From contig JAHZGA010000003.1 in the NCBI GenBank assembly GCA_019421005.1, positions 1 through 55,324 on the forward strand: 55,324 nucleotides of DNA, given 5' to 3'. The translations under genes were made by a program, and so were the position numbers. The notes beneath the pieces were generated by a model. That model was not told where the DNA came from, did not search any database, and saw nothing but the letters and a program-made list of their open reading frames with translations. This DNA is from a bacterium (GTDB lineage Bacteria > Bacillota_I > Bacilli_A > RF39 > UBA660). Below, in pieces: positions 30,852-39,908 of the stretch (position 1 is its first letter; every line of letters starts with the position of its first letter).

Positions 30852-31535
30852 ATGCGAATATTAATAATTGAAGATGAATATACTTTGGCTGATGTTATGG
30901 CATCAACTTTAAAAAAAGAAAATTATGAAGTAGACATTCAAACTGATGGAGAAATTGGATATTATAATGCTTTATCAAATATATATGATTTAATAATATT
31001 AGATGTTATGCTTCCTAATATGAATGGATTTGATATTTTAAAAAATTTAAGAAAAAATAATATTTCTAGTAAAATAATCATGCTTACAGCTAAAAGTACT
31101 TTAGAAGATAAGTTAGATGGATTAGAAAATGGTGCGAATGATTATATGACAAAACCATTTCATATAAAAGAACTTATTGCACGTGTAAATGTTCAGTTGA
31201 AAATATCAACAAATAAGGGAGAAAATATTATTAAATATCATGATTTAATTTTAAATACTTCAACTTCTAAACTAAAATGTGTTACAACTAATCAGACAGT
31301 TGAATTAGTTTGTAAGGAATTTGGAATAATTGAATATTTGATTAATAACCAAAATCAAATTCTTTCTAAAGAACAATTATATGATAAAATTTGGGGAATT
31401 GAAAATGAAATTGAGTCTAATAATTTAGAAGTTTATTTATCATTTTTAAGAAAAAAAATAGATGCAATTGGGTCAAAGGTAATCATTAAATCTCATCGTG
31501 GTCTTGGTTATAAATTGGAGAGTAAAGATGAATAA
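30852..31535 (+). CDS. OmpR-family response regulator
   Basis: Receiver domain (DLIILDVMLP, MLTAK) plus a winged-helix output (RGLGYKL). Confidence 0.9.
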   Translation: MRILIIEDEYTLADVMASTLKKENYEVDIQTDGEIGYYNALSNIYDLIILDVMLPNMNGFDILKNLRKNNISSKIIMLTAKSTLEDKLDGLENGANDYMTKPFHIKELIARVNVQLKISTNKGENIIKYHDLILNTSTSKLKCVTTNQTVELVCKEFGIIEYLINNQNQILSKEQLYDKIWGIENEIESNNLEVYLSFLRKKIDAIGSKVIIKSHRGLGYKLESKDE

Positions 31536-32715
31536 ACTTAAAAAGAAAATATTTTATTTAACTTTTTCAATTCTTTCTTTAAGTGTTTTTAGTTTTATAG
31601 TAGTTTTAAATGTTCAAAAATATATTGAACAAAAACATTTAATTGAAAACGATTTAAAAATTTCTAGTGAAAACAAATCAAAACCAAACAATCATGAGCC
31701 AATTAAATTTATGGATAAAGTTATATATACTGTAATTTTAGATAATACTAATAATATTAAGGATATAATTAATATGGCAAATGATAATTTAAAAGAAGAT
31801 GATATTAAAAAAATTGCTAGTGAAATATTAAATAGTAAATCATTAAAAAATAAATATATCGGATGTCTTTATTTTGAAGATTATTCTTATACTTATTTTA
31901 AAGGAAACTATTTAATTATTTTAGATAATCATGCTACTAAATCTAGTTTATTAAATACCTTTTATAATTGTACTCTTTTATTTATTATTTTAGAAATTGT
32001 TGTTTATATTGTATCAAAAATTATTACAAATTGGATAATAAAACCAGTTGTTTTAAGTTTTTCAAAGCAAAAACAATTTATTGCTGATGCCTCACATGAA
32101 TTAAAAACTCCTCTATCTGTTATTGTTGCCAGTAGTGAAGCTTTATCAAATTATCCAAATGAAAAAAAATGGTTAACTAATATTAAAAATGAAGCTGATA
32201 GAATAAATACTCTTATAAGTGATCTTTTAGATTTAACTACAAGTGAAAAAAAAGATATATATAATTTTAAAAAAGAAAATCTATCTAAAGTAGTAGAATT
32301 AGCTGTTCTTACATTTGAAGGAAAAGCTTTTGAAAATAATATTAAACTTGAAGAGAATATAAAAGAAAATATAATAATAAAATTTGATGAAAATTCTATT
32401 AAACAATTAATTGAAATATTACTAGATAACGCTATTAAACATGCTAAAAAAGGAAGTGTTATAAAAGTTTTTTTAACAACTTCATTTAATCAAATAATTT
32501 TAACTATTGAAAACGAGGGTGATGAAATACCTAAAGGTGAAGAGAAAAAAATATTTGAACGATTTTACCGAGTTAATAAATCAAGAAACAGAAAAGAAAA
32601 TAGATATGGTTTAGGTCTTGCAATTGCTAAAAATATAGTAACAAATCATAACGGAATTATTAAAGCAAAATCAAATAACGGAATAACAACTTTTAAAATT
32701 TTATTAAAAATTTAA
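31528..32715 (+). CDS. Sensor histidine kinase (two TM segments)
   Basis: H-box SHELKTPL, N-box LLDNAIKH, G-box GLGLAIAK. The start ATG at 31528 overlaps the regulator stop (ATGAATAA) and has SD GGAGAG upstream. Confidence 0.85.
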   Translation: MNKLKKKIFYLTFSILSLSVFSFIVVLNVQKYIEQKHLIENDLKISSENKSKPNNHEPIKFMDKVIYTVILDNTNNIKDIINMANDNLKEDDIKKIASEILNSKSLKNKYIGCLYFEDYSYTYFKGNYLIILDNHATKSSLLNTFYNCTLLFIILEIVVYIVSKIITNWIIKPVVLSFSKQKQFIADASHELKTPLSVIVASSEALSNYPNEKKWLTNIKNEADRINTLISDLLDLTTSEKKDIYNFKKENLSKVVELAVLTFEGKAFENNIKLEENIKENIIIKFDENSIKQLIEILLDNAIKHAKKGSVIKVFLTTSFNQIILTIENEGDEIPKGEEKKIFERFYRVNKSRNRKENRYGLGLAIAKNIVTNHNGIIKAKSNNGITTFKILLKI

Positions 32716-32767
32716 TCTTCATTTAATTTTTAAATAATATAATTATCAGGAGAAAGGAATGATTTAA

Positions 32768-34531
32768 TTGAAAAGATTTTTTAAAAATTTAATTATGATT
32801 GGAATAATTATTTTAATTAGTTTTAGTTTGTTTCTTATTATTAATAACATTAAAAATTCAAATCAAAGTATAGATAATAAAGTAACAAACAACGTCAATA
32901 ATAATTCTATTCAAGATAGTAAAAGTCAACCAGGTAATTCAGATGGTAACTCTAATCAGCCAAGCAATTCAAATACACCACCTGAAATTCCTAATAGCTC
33001 TAGCGAGAACACTCCTCCTAGTATGCCTAATTCTAGTGATAATCAACCACAAAAACCTGATAGTAATGACACCAACCTTAATTTAAACAATAACAATACA
33101 GATGATAATACTCAAGATATTGACAATAATATGACATGGATATATTTACTTTTTGGTACTTTATCATTTATTATAGCAATATTATTAGTATATCTAATTA
33201 TGTCTAAATTTAATAAGAAAACTTTTAAAGAAACTTTTATCAACAAAGACAAAGTGTTAATTCATATTTTATCTTTAATTATAATAACTTTTTCTTTAGT
33301 ATGTTTCTGTATAATTATTAATAATTATAAACAAAATAGTTCTATTAGTTATAGCGCGAAAAAAGATATTACCACTGATACAACTATAAGTAAAGGTAAC
33401 TACTCTTCTAACACTTCTAATGAAAACGCTATTCGCATTAATGGTGATATAACTGCTAATATTTCAAATATTAAAGTTAATAAAACAGGTGATTCAAATA
33501 GTGGTGATGATACAAGTTTTTATGGGATAAATTCTGCTATTCTTGCTAAAGGAAAAGCAACTTTAAATTTAAAAAATATAACTATTAAAACTTCTGCTAA
33601 TGGAGCTAACGGAGTATTTTCTTATGGTGGAACAGCTACTACTAATAATGAAACAAGTGATGGAACTAAAGTTACAATCAGCAATTCTAAAATAACAACA
33701 ACCAAAGACAATTCTGGAGGAATTATGACTACTGGTGGTGGTATTATGAATGCTAATAATTTAGTTATCAATACATCTGGAACTTCATCAGCAGCTATCA
33801 GAACTGATAGAGGTGGTGGAAAAGTCAAAGTTAAAAAAGGTGTCTATACTACAACTGGACAAGGCTCACCTACTATTTATTCAACAGCTGATATAACAGT
33901 TAGTGATGCTAAATTAGTAGCAAAAGCTTCTGAAGGAATTGTAATAGAAGGTAAAAATTCAGTTATAATTAATAATGTTACCTTAATAGATACAAATAAT
34001 AAATTAAATGGTCAATCAACTACATATAAAAATATTTTTTTATATCAATCAATGAGTGGTGATGCTGATGATGGAAATGCTACTTTCAGCGCTAAAGATA
34101 GTAAAATAACAACTAATAAGGGAGATACTTTTTATATTACTAACACAACAGCTACAATTAATCTATCAAATAATACCATTAAAAACAATGATACTTCTGG
34201 TAATTTCTTAAGAAGTCAAAAAGATTCTTGGGGAAATAATGGTTCTAATGGTGGAAACGTAACTCTTAATATGGAAAAACAAAAAGCATTAGGAAATATT
34301 GTTATAGATTCTATTTCAACTTTAAATATGAATATGAAATCCAATTCTTACTATGAAGGTGCAATAAATAAAGATAATACTGCTAAAGAAATAAACTTAA
34401 CTCTTGATAAAGGTTCTAAAATAAAATTAACTGGTGATAATTATGTTACATCTTTAGAAAATGAAGATAGTTCTAATAGCAACATTGATTTTAATGGATA
34501 TAAATTATATGTTAATGGAATAGCAATTTAA
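32768..34531 (+). CDS. Membrane protein with a P/S/N-rich spacer and a C-terminal parallel beta-helix-like repeat domain
   Basis: TTG start with AGGAGAAAGGAA upstream and three hydrophobic segments. The C-terminal ~380 aa is full of short N-x-[ST]-[IV] type beta-helix-like repeats. The domain call is by pattern only. Confidence 0.6.
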   Translation: MKRFFKNLIMIGIIILISFSLFLIINNIKNSNQSIDNKVTNNVNNNSIQDSKSQPGNSDGNSNQPSNSNTPPEIPNSSSENTPPSMPNSSDNQPQKPDSNDTNLNLNNNNTDDNTQDIDNNMTWIYLLFGTLSFIIAILLVYLIMSKFNKKTFKETFINKDKVLIHILSLIIITFSLVCFCIIINNYKQNSSISYSAKKDITTDTTISKGNYSSNTSNENAIRINGDITANISNIKVNKTGDSNSGDDTSFYGINSAILAKGKATLNLKNITIKTSANGANGVFSYGGTATTNNETSDGTKVTISNSKITTTKDNSGGIMTTGGGIMNANNLVINTSGTSSAAIRTDRGGGKVKVKKGVYTTTGQGSPTIYSTADITVSDAKLVAKASEGIVIEGKNSVIINNVTLIDTNNKLNGQSTTYKNIFLYQSMSGDADDGNATFSAKDSKITTNKGDTFYITNTTATINLSNNTIKNNDTSGNFLRSQKDSWGNNGSNGGNVTLNMEKQKALGNIVIDSISTLNMNMKSNSYYEGAINKDNTAKEINLTLDKGSKIKLTGDNYVTSLENEDSSNSNIDFNGYKLYVNGIAI

Positions 34532-34577
34532 ATATTTTTCTAAATACTACTATACAATATTTTAACAAGTGTTAAAT

Positions 34578-34614
34578 AAAGGTTGTAATGAAATTAATTC
34601 ATTACACCTTTTTA
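34578..34614. terminator. Bidirectional terminator between the beta-helix gene and spoIVA
   Basis: aaggttgtaatgaa-attaa-ttcattacacctt hairpin (one bulge), flanked by A-run and T-run. Confidence 0.65.
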
Positions 34615-34652
34615 AATTAAATAATTATAAAAACACAAGAAAAAAAGCCACG

Positions 34653-36128
34653 TTATAAAACAATGGCAAATAAGTTTCCAGAACCTTTATTAACCAATTT
34701 GGTTAAAGTTTGTTGTAATTTAAATCTAGCATTATCCGGCATCAAAGAAAGTTTGGCTTGTATTCCCTCTTTTACAATTACATCTAAACTTCTTCCAAAA
34801 ATTTCGCTTTTCCAAATATTATCAGGCGAAGTATCATAATCACGCATTAAATAGTCAATTAACTCTTTACTTTGAATTTCTGAACCAATTATCGGCTCAA
34901 ATGTACTTTCAACATCTACCCTAATCATATGTATTGATGGGGCAACAGCTTTTAATTTTATTCCATATCTACTACCTTGTTTAATTATTTCAGGTGTATC
35001 AAGTTTCATATCGGCTAAAGTTGGCGCTGCAACTCCATAACCTGTTTGTTTTACCATTTTAAGTGCCTCTTTAATTTGATCATATTCCATTTTAGCTTCA
35101 TTGTAATCTTGAAATAAAGTTAATAATTGTGATCTATTTGTTATATCAACACCTATTATTTCTTTTAATACTTGATTATATAATCCTTTAGGAGCATCTA
35201 AATTCAATGTTACTTCTCCTGTTGAAGTGTTAACTTCTGATAAATATGATTTTTCTATATACTCACAATCTTTAAAATAATTTTGGATATTTTCAATATC
35301 CCTTAACTTATCAATTTCTACTACACTTTCTTTTATTTTTTCTATATAAATTTTTTTCAACCAATTATCTTTAGATAAGCATGCTATCCAATCAGGCATA
35401 TTAACATTAACTTGAGTAACTGGAAATTCATATAATGCTTCTCTTAATATTGAATAAATATCTCTTTCTGTCATATTTTCAACACTTATTGGCATAACAG
35501 GTACTTTGTAATTATCATGTAATTCTTCTGCTAATCTTTCAGTTTCTGGTAACATTGGATGAGTTGAATTTAATAAAACTATAAATGGTTTTCCTATTTC
35601 AGTTAATTCATTAATAACTCTTTGTTCAGCCTCAACATAATTTGATCTATTTATCTCTCCTATTGTACCATCAGTTGTAATAACTATTCCTATTGAAGAG
35701 TGATCCTTAATAACTTTTTCTGTTCCTATTTCAGCAGCTTCAACAAATGGTATTTCTTCATCATACCATGGTGTCTTAACCATTCTAGGTCCATTTTCAT
35801 CTTCATATCCTTTCGCGCCATCAATAACATATCCAACACAGTCAACTAATCTTATATTAGCATCAAATGTATCTATATTAATTTTAGCAGCATTACTTGG
35901 TACAAATTTAGGTTCAATTGTCATAATTGTTTTCCCTTGAGCTGTTTGAGGTATTTCATCCAAAGCTCTTTTACGTTCGTATTCATCAGCAATATTAGGT
36001 ACAACTAAATTTTCAATGACTTTTTTTATAAAGGTTGACTTGCCAGTTCTAACGGCACCTACTACTCCAAAATAAATATCGCCATTGGTTCGTTCTGTTA
36101 AACTTTTAATAATGTCTAATTTATCCAT
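34653..36128 (-). CDS. spoIVA: Stage IV sporulation protein A (spore coat morphogenetic ATPase)
   Basis: MDKLDIIKSLTERTNGDIYFGVVGAVRTGKSTFIKK matches the SpoIVA N-terminus and Walker A. The ATG at 36128 was chosen over the track start 36155, which has no SD and sits at or upstream of the predicted transcription start. Confidence 0.9.
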   Translation of the reverse strand: MDKLDIIKSLTERTNGDIYFGVVGAVRTGKSTFIKKVIENLVVPNIADEYERKRALDEIPQTAQGKTIMTIEPKFVPSNAAKINIDTFDANIRLVDCVGYVIDGAKGYEDENGPRMVKTPWYDEEIPFVEAAEIGTEKVIKDHSSIGIVITTDGTIGEINRSNYVEAEQRVINELTEIGKPFIVLLNSTHPMLPETERLAEELHDNYKVPVMPISVENMTERDIYSILREALYEFPVTQVNVNMPDWIACLSKDNWLKKIYIEKIKESVVEIDKLRDIENIQNYFKDCEYIEKSYLSEVNTSTGEVTLNLDAPKGLYNQVLKEIIGVDITNRSQLLTLFQDYNEAKMEYDQIKEALKMVKQTGYGVAAPTLADMKLDTPEIIKQGSRYGIKLKAVAPSIHMIRVDVESTFEPIIGSEIQSKELIDYLMRDYDTSPDNIWKSEIFGRSLDVIVKEGIQAKLSLMPDNARFKLQQTLTKLVNKGSGNLFAIVL

Positions 36129-36158
36129 ATAATCCCTACTTTCATATTGTTTCATTAA

Positions 36159-36186
36159 AATATATGTAATAATACGAATTATATGA
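36159..36186 (-). promoter_or_regulatory. Candidate sigma-E-type sporulation promoter of spoIVA
   Basis: Minus strand TCATATA-13 nt-CATATATT resembles the mother-cell sigma-E consensus (kmATATT / CATACAhT). Confidence 0.3.
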
Positions 36187-36193
36187 AAATAAT

Positions 36194-36436
36194 TTAAATT
36201 AATCCATTAAAATTTTTAGGTACTTTATCATTTACAACTGCCTTTATAATTTTATCTTCTTTTTCTTTATCAACTTTTTTTCCGGTCATTTGACCTAACT
36301 CTTGAATAACCTCTCGTAAAGTGTTTTCATTTTTTAAATCTGATTTTTGTAGCTTTTCAGCTAATTCTAGGATTTTTTCCTTTCCTACTTTAGTTTTTCT
36401 TTCTACTTTGTTAAAAAAGCTATCTGAAAAATTCAT
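36194..36436 (-). CDS. Small protein resembling stage VI sporulation protein F (SpoVIF/YjcC family)
   Basis: 80 aa with SD AGAGGTGA. The pattern FFNKVERKTKV...L.ELAEKLQKSDLKNENTLREVIQELGQMTGKKV..EKEDKII is recalled from that family. Not verified by search. Confidence 0.5.
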   Translation of the reverse strand: MNFSDSFFNKVERKTKVGKEKILELAEKLQKSDLKNENTLREVIQELGQMTGKKVDKEKEDKIIKAVVNDKVPKNFNGLI

Positions 36437-36478
36437 ATATTCACCTCTAGAATATTATATGAAAAAAATAAAAAAGCG

Positions 36479-37795
36479 TTAGTTTTCGCCTTTATTTTTG
36501 AATTGTAATACAATAGGAGTACCTTCTAAATCAAAGGATTCTCTTATTTTATTTTCTAAATATCTTTTATAAGAAAAATGAATTAACCCTTTACTATTAA
36601 CTTGAATATTAAAAGTTGGTGGTTTACTGCTTACTTGATTACAGAAATATATTTTTAATCTTTTTCCTTTATAACTTGGTGGTAAATTTAATAAGTAAGC
36701 ATCACTTATAACATCATTTAATAAACTAGTTTTAATTTCTTTACAACTATTTTCATATACTTTTAAAATTTCTGGCATTAAAGTATGAATTCTTTTTTTA
36801 GTTAATGCAGATAAAAAGACTATTGGCGCAAAAGACATGAATTGAAAATTATTTCTTATTTCTTTAGTAAATTTCTTCATAGCTTCATCTTTATTATCAA
36901 TCATATCCCATTTATTAACAACAATTATAATTGCTTTACCAGCTTCTAAAGCATAACTTGCAATATGTTTATCATGTTCAATTATTCCTTCTTTAGCATC
37001 TATAACTAATAAGCAAACATCTGATCTATCAATTGCTTTCAAAGCTCTTAATAAACTATATTTTTCAACATTTTCATATATTTTCCCTCTTTTGCGCATA
37101 CCTGCTGTATCAATGACAACAAAATCTTGTCCATGATAAGTTAATGGAGTGTCAATTGCATCTCTAGTTGTTCCTGCTATATCCCCTACTAAAACTCTTT
37201 CCTCATTTAATAAAGCATTAACTAAACTACTTTTTCCAACATTAGGTCTACCTATTACCGAAAACTTTATAACGTTTTCTTCATAATCTCTTTGATCATA
37301 TTTTGTAAAATCTAAAGTTATTTCATCTAGTAATTCACCAATACCTTTGTTTTCTTCCGCACTTATTGGAATATAATTTTCAAAACCTAGTTCATAAAAA
37401 TCATATAAATTTTCTAAAGCTTTTTTATTATCATATTTATTTATAACTACTATAACTTGCTTATTACTTTTTAACAACATTTCTTTTACAACATAATCAT
37501 TGGCTGTTAATCCTTCTTTTCCATCAACTACAAATAATACAATATCAGCTTCATCTATTGCTAATTCAGCTTGCATTTTTATATCTTTATTGAAGTCATT
37601 TTCTCCAATATCAATTCCACCAGTATCAATTAAATGAAAGCTATAATCATCATAACTAACAGTTCCATAAATTCGATCTCTAGTTATTCCAGGTGTATCT
37701 TCAATAATAGATATTTTTTTTCCTACTAAACGATTAAATAAAGTTGATTTTCCTACATTAGGTCTACCTACTAAAGCTACTACGGGTTTTTTCAT
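36479..37795 (-). CDS. der: Ribosome-associated GTPase Der (EngA)
   Basis: Two tandem G domains (GRPNVGKST, GRPNVGKSS) and a KH-like C-terminus. Confidence 0.97.
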   Translation of the reverse strand: MKKPVVALVGRPNVGKSTLFNRLVGKKISIIEDTPGITRDRIYGTVSYDDYSFHLIDTGGIDIGENDFNKDIKMQAELAIDEADIVLFVVDGKEGLTANDYVVKEMLLKSNKQVIVVINKYDNKKALENLYDFYELGFENYIPISAEENKGIGELLDEITLDFTKYDQRDYEENVIKFSVIGRPNVGKSSLVNALLNEERVLVGDIAGTTRDAIDTPLTYHGQDFVVIDTAGMRKRGKIYENVEKYSLLRALKAIDRSDVCLLVIDAKEGIIEHDKHIASYALEAGKAIIIVVNKWDMIDNKDEAMKKFTKEIRNNFQFMSFAPIVFLSALTKKRIHTLMPEILKVYENSCKEIKTSLLNDVISDAYLLNLPPSYKGKRLKIYFCNQVSSKPPTFNIQVNSKGLIHFSYKRYLENKIRESFDLEGTPIVLQFKNKGEN

Positions 37796-38289
37796 ATTTT
37801 TCCTCCTATTACTTTTCCATATTTAATTATATTTTCAAGATATTCTTCATAAATTATTTTGGTTTTTTCAATTAATCGACCTAAAATTACATTATTAATA
37901 TCATTTTTAATTTTTATATAAAATCGGTGATGATAAGAATAGATATCAATTTTATCTTTTATACTTTTATCAAGCATAAATAAGTCATCTATTTCATAAA
38001 GAAAACTATTATAATTTTTAATTGTAAAACACATATCAATATGGTTATCATAATAATTATAATAATCAATTTCTTCTTTTTCTAAAGTTATAATCATACC
38101 ATAATATAAATCTTTATAGATTTTTATATTATAAAAACCTTTTATATCCATATGATAATATTTTTTTAATTTTCTAAAGATATTTTTAAAAAATTCTTCT
38201 AAATCTAATTCATCTTCCAAGTCAACATCTATAATATATTTTTTATTTAAATACAGTGTTATTATATTATCATCATTTTCAATTTTCAT
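37792..38289 (-). CDS. Hypothetical protein (weak resemblance to a short MecA-like adaptor)
   Basis: 165 aa with SD AGGTGAT and an ATGA overlap with der. Only the MKIE..ITLYL start and a Y-rich C-terminus hint at MecA. Confidence 0.5.
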   Translation of the reverse strand: MKIENDDNIITLYLNKKYIIDVDLEDELDLEEFFKNIFRKLKKYYHMDIKGFYNIKIYKDLYYGMIITLEKEEIDYYNYYDNHIDMCFTIKNYNSFLYEIDDLFMLDKSIKDKIDIYSYHHRFYIKIKNDINNVILGRLIEKTKIIYEEYLENIIKYGKVIGGKI

Positions 38290-38339
38290 TATATCACCTA
38301 AATTATCTTATGATTTAATAATTAAAAAGTAATATTATT

Positions 38340-38921
38340 TTAAATAATTCTTGAAATTTTATCGTAAACTACATCCTTACCTTGTTTAGAAACTGATGAA
38401 AATGTAATAAAATCATCTTCTACTACTAGGTTTAATTCATTTAAAATCAAAGTTCGTTGTTTTTGTTGTTGATTAACACTTACTTTATCTACTTTGGTTG
38501 CAACTATTGTTACTGGTATTTTATAATGTTTTAAAAATTTATACATCATTAAATCATCTTCGGTTGGTTTATGTCTAAAATCAACTAACATAAATACTTG
38601 TTTTAATTGAGGACGATTAGTTATATAATCTTCCATCATTAATCCAAATTTTTGTTTTTTCTTTTTTCCCATTCTTGCATAACCATATCCTGGAGCATCA
38701 ACTAAATAAAATTCCTCATTAATTAAATAAAAATTAATTGTTTGAGTTTTACCTGGATTAGATGATACTCTAGCATAATTTTTTCTATTAATTACACTAT
38801 TAATAAAACTACTTTTTCCAACATTAGATCTTCCAACTAATAAAAATTCTGGTAGTTCTAAAGTTGGATATTGGCTTTTTCTAACAGCACTTATAACTAG
38901 TTCAACTGATTTAATTTTCAT
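38340..38921 (-). CDS. engB: Ribosome biogenesis GTPase YsxC/EngB
   Basis: G1 GRSNVGKSS, G3 DAPGYG, G4 TKVDK. Confidence 0.95.
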   Translation of the reverse strand: MKIKSVELVISAVRKSQYPTLELPEFLLVGRSNVGKSSFINSVINRKNYARVSSNPGKTQTINFYLINEEFYLVDAPGYGYARMGKKKKQKFGLMMEDYITNRPQLKQVFMLVDFRHKPTEDDLMMYKFLKHYKIPVTIVATKVDKVSVNQQQKQRTLILNELNLVVEDDFITFSSVSKQGKDVVYDKISRII

Positions 38922-38990
38922 CTTAATTAAGCACCACTTTCTTTTAAATTAAACACTTTAATTATACATGTTAATTAAGAAAATGTCAAA

Positions 38991-39027
38991 ATTTAATAAA
39001 ACTAGAAACTCTCAAGATTCTAGTTTT
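38991..39027 (-). terminator. Intrinsic terminator of folD (stop codon lies in the loop)
   Basis: Perfect 10-bp stem AAAACTAGAA / TTCTAGTTTT followed by ATTAAATTTT. Confidence 0.6.
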
Positions 39028-39857
39028 AAAAACTTTTTATATACATCTATTATATTAGAAAGAACAGAAGTAACAGTCATTACGCCTACTCCATTTGGTA
39101 CTGGGGTATATATTATATCTTCAGTTTCTGTTTTAAAGTCCCCTTTAATTTTGTTATCAACTCTTGTTATTCCAGCATCAATTACAATCGCACTTTCTTT
39201 TACCATTTTATCAGTTATTAATCCTTCTTTTCCTGTTGCTGTTATAATTATATCAGCATTCTTAGTATAATATTCTAAATTAGTTGTATTTATATCACAA
39301 TTAGTAACAGTACATTTATCATAAAGCATCAATGATAAAGGTCTACCGATTAAATCACTTTTACCGATAATTACAACATTTTTTCCAATTAAAGTATTTA
39401 AAATATTTTCTTTTATTAAATTATCAAGTATTTTTTTTATTCCTAAAGCTGTACATGGAATAACTGTTTTTAAATTTTGACTTAAATTCATTTTATTGGT
39501 AGTTGTTAATCCATCAACATCTTTTCTATAATCAATTGTATCAATTAATTCTCTTTGGTATTCTTTTAGTTCATTTGGTAGTGGTAATTGCAATAATATG
39601 CCTGTAATATTTTTATCTTCATTTAATTCTATTATTTTATTTTTTATATGAAATTTAGATATTTCTTTAGGATATTCAAATTTTTCAAAATCAATTCCTA
39701 CTTCTAGACAAGCTTTTTCTTTTTGGTTAACATATATTTTACTTGCTTCATCATCACCAATTCTAATTACAGCTAATTTTAATTTAGGAAAAAATTTTAA
39801 TTCTTCTTTTATTTCATTTCTTATTTGATTAGATATTTCTTGACAATTAATTTTCAT
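39012..39857 (-). CDS. folD: Bifunctional methylenetetrahydrofolate dehydrogenase/cyclohydrolase
   Basis: FolD-length protein with GKNVVIIGKSDLIGRPLSLML and PVPNGVGVMTV blocks. Confidence 0.95.
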   Translation of the reverse strand: MKINCQEISNQIRNEIKEELKFFPKLKLAVIRIGDDEASKIYVNQKEKACLEVGIDFEKFEYPKEISKFHIKNKIIELNEDKNITGILLQLPLPNELKEYQRELIDTIDYRKDVDGLTTTNKMNLSQNLKTVIPCTALGIKKILDNLIKENILNTLIGKNVVIIGKSDLIGRPLSLMLYDKCTVTNCDINTTNLEYYTKNADIIITATGKEGLITDKMVKESAIVIDAGITRVDNKIKGDFKTETEDIIYTPVPNGVGVMTVTSVLSNIIDVYKKFLKLES

Positions 39858-39908
39858 AAATTTCCTCTTTTCTATAATTATTATATCACGTATATAAGAA
39901 AACTAAAA

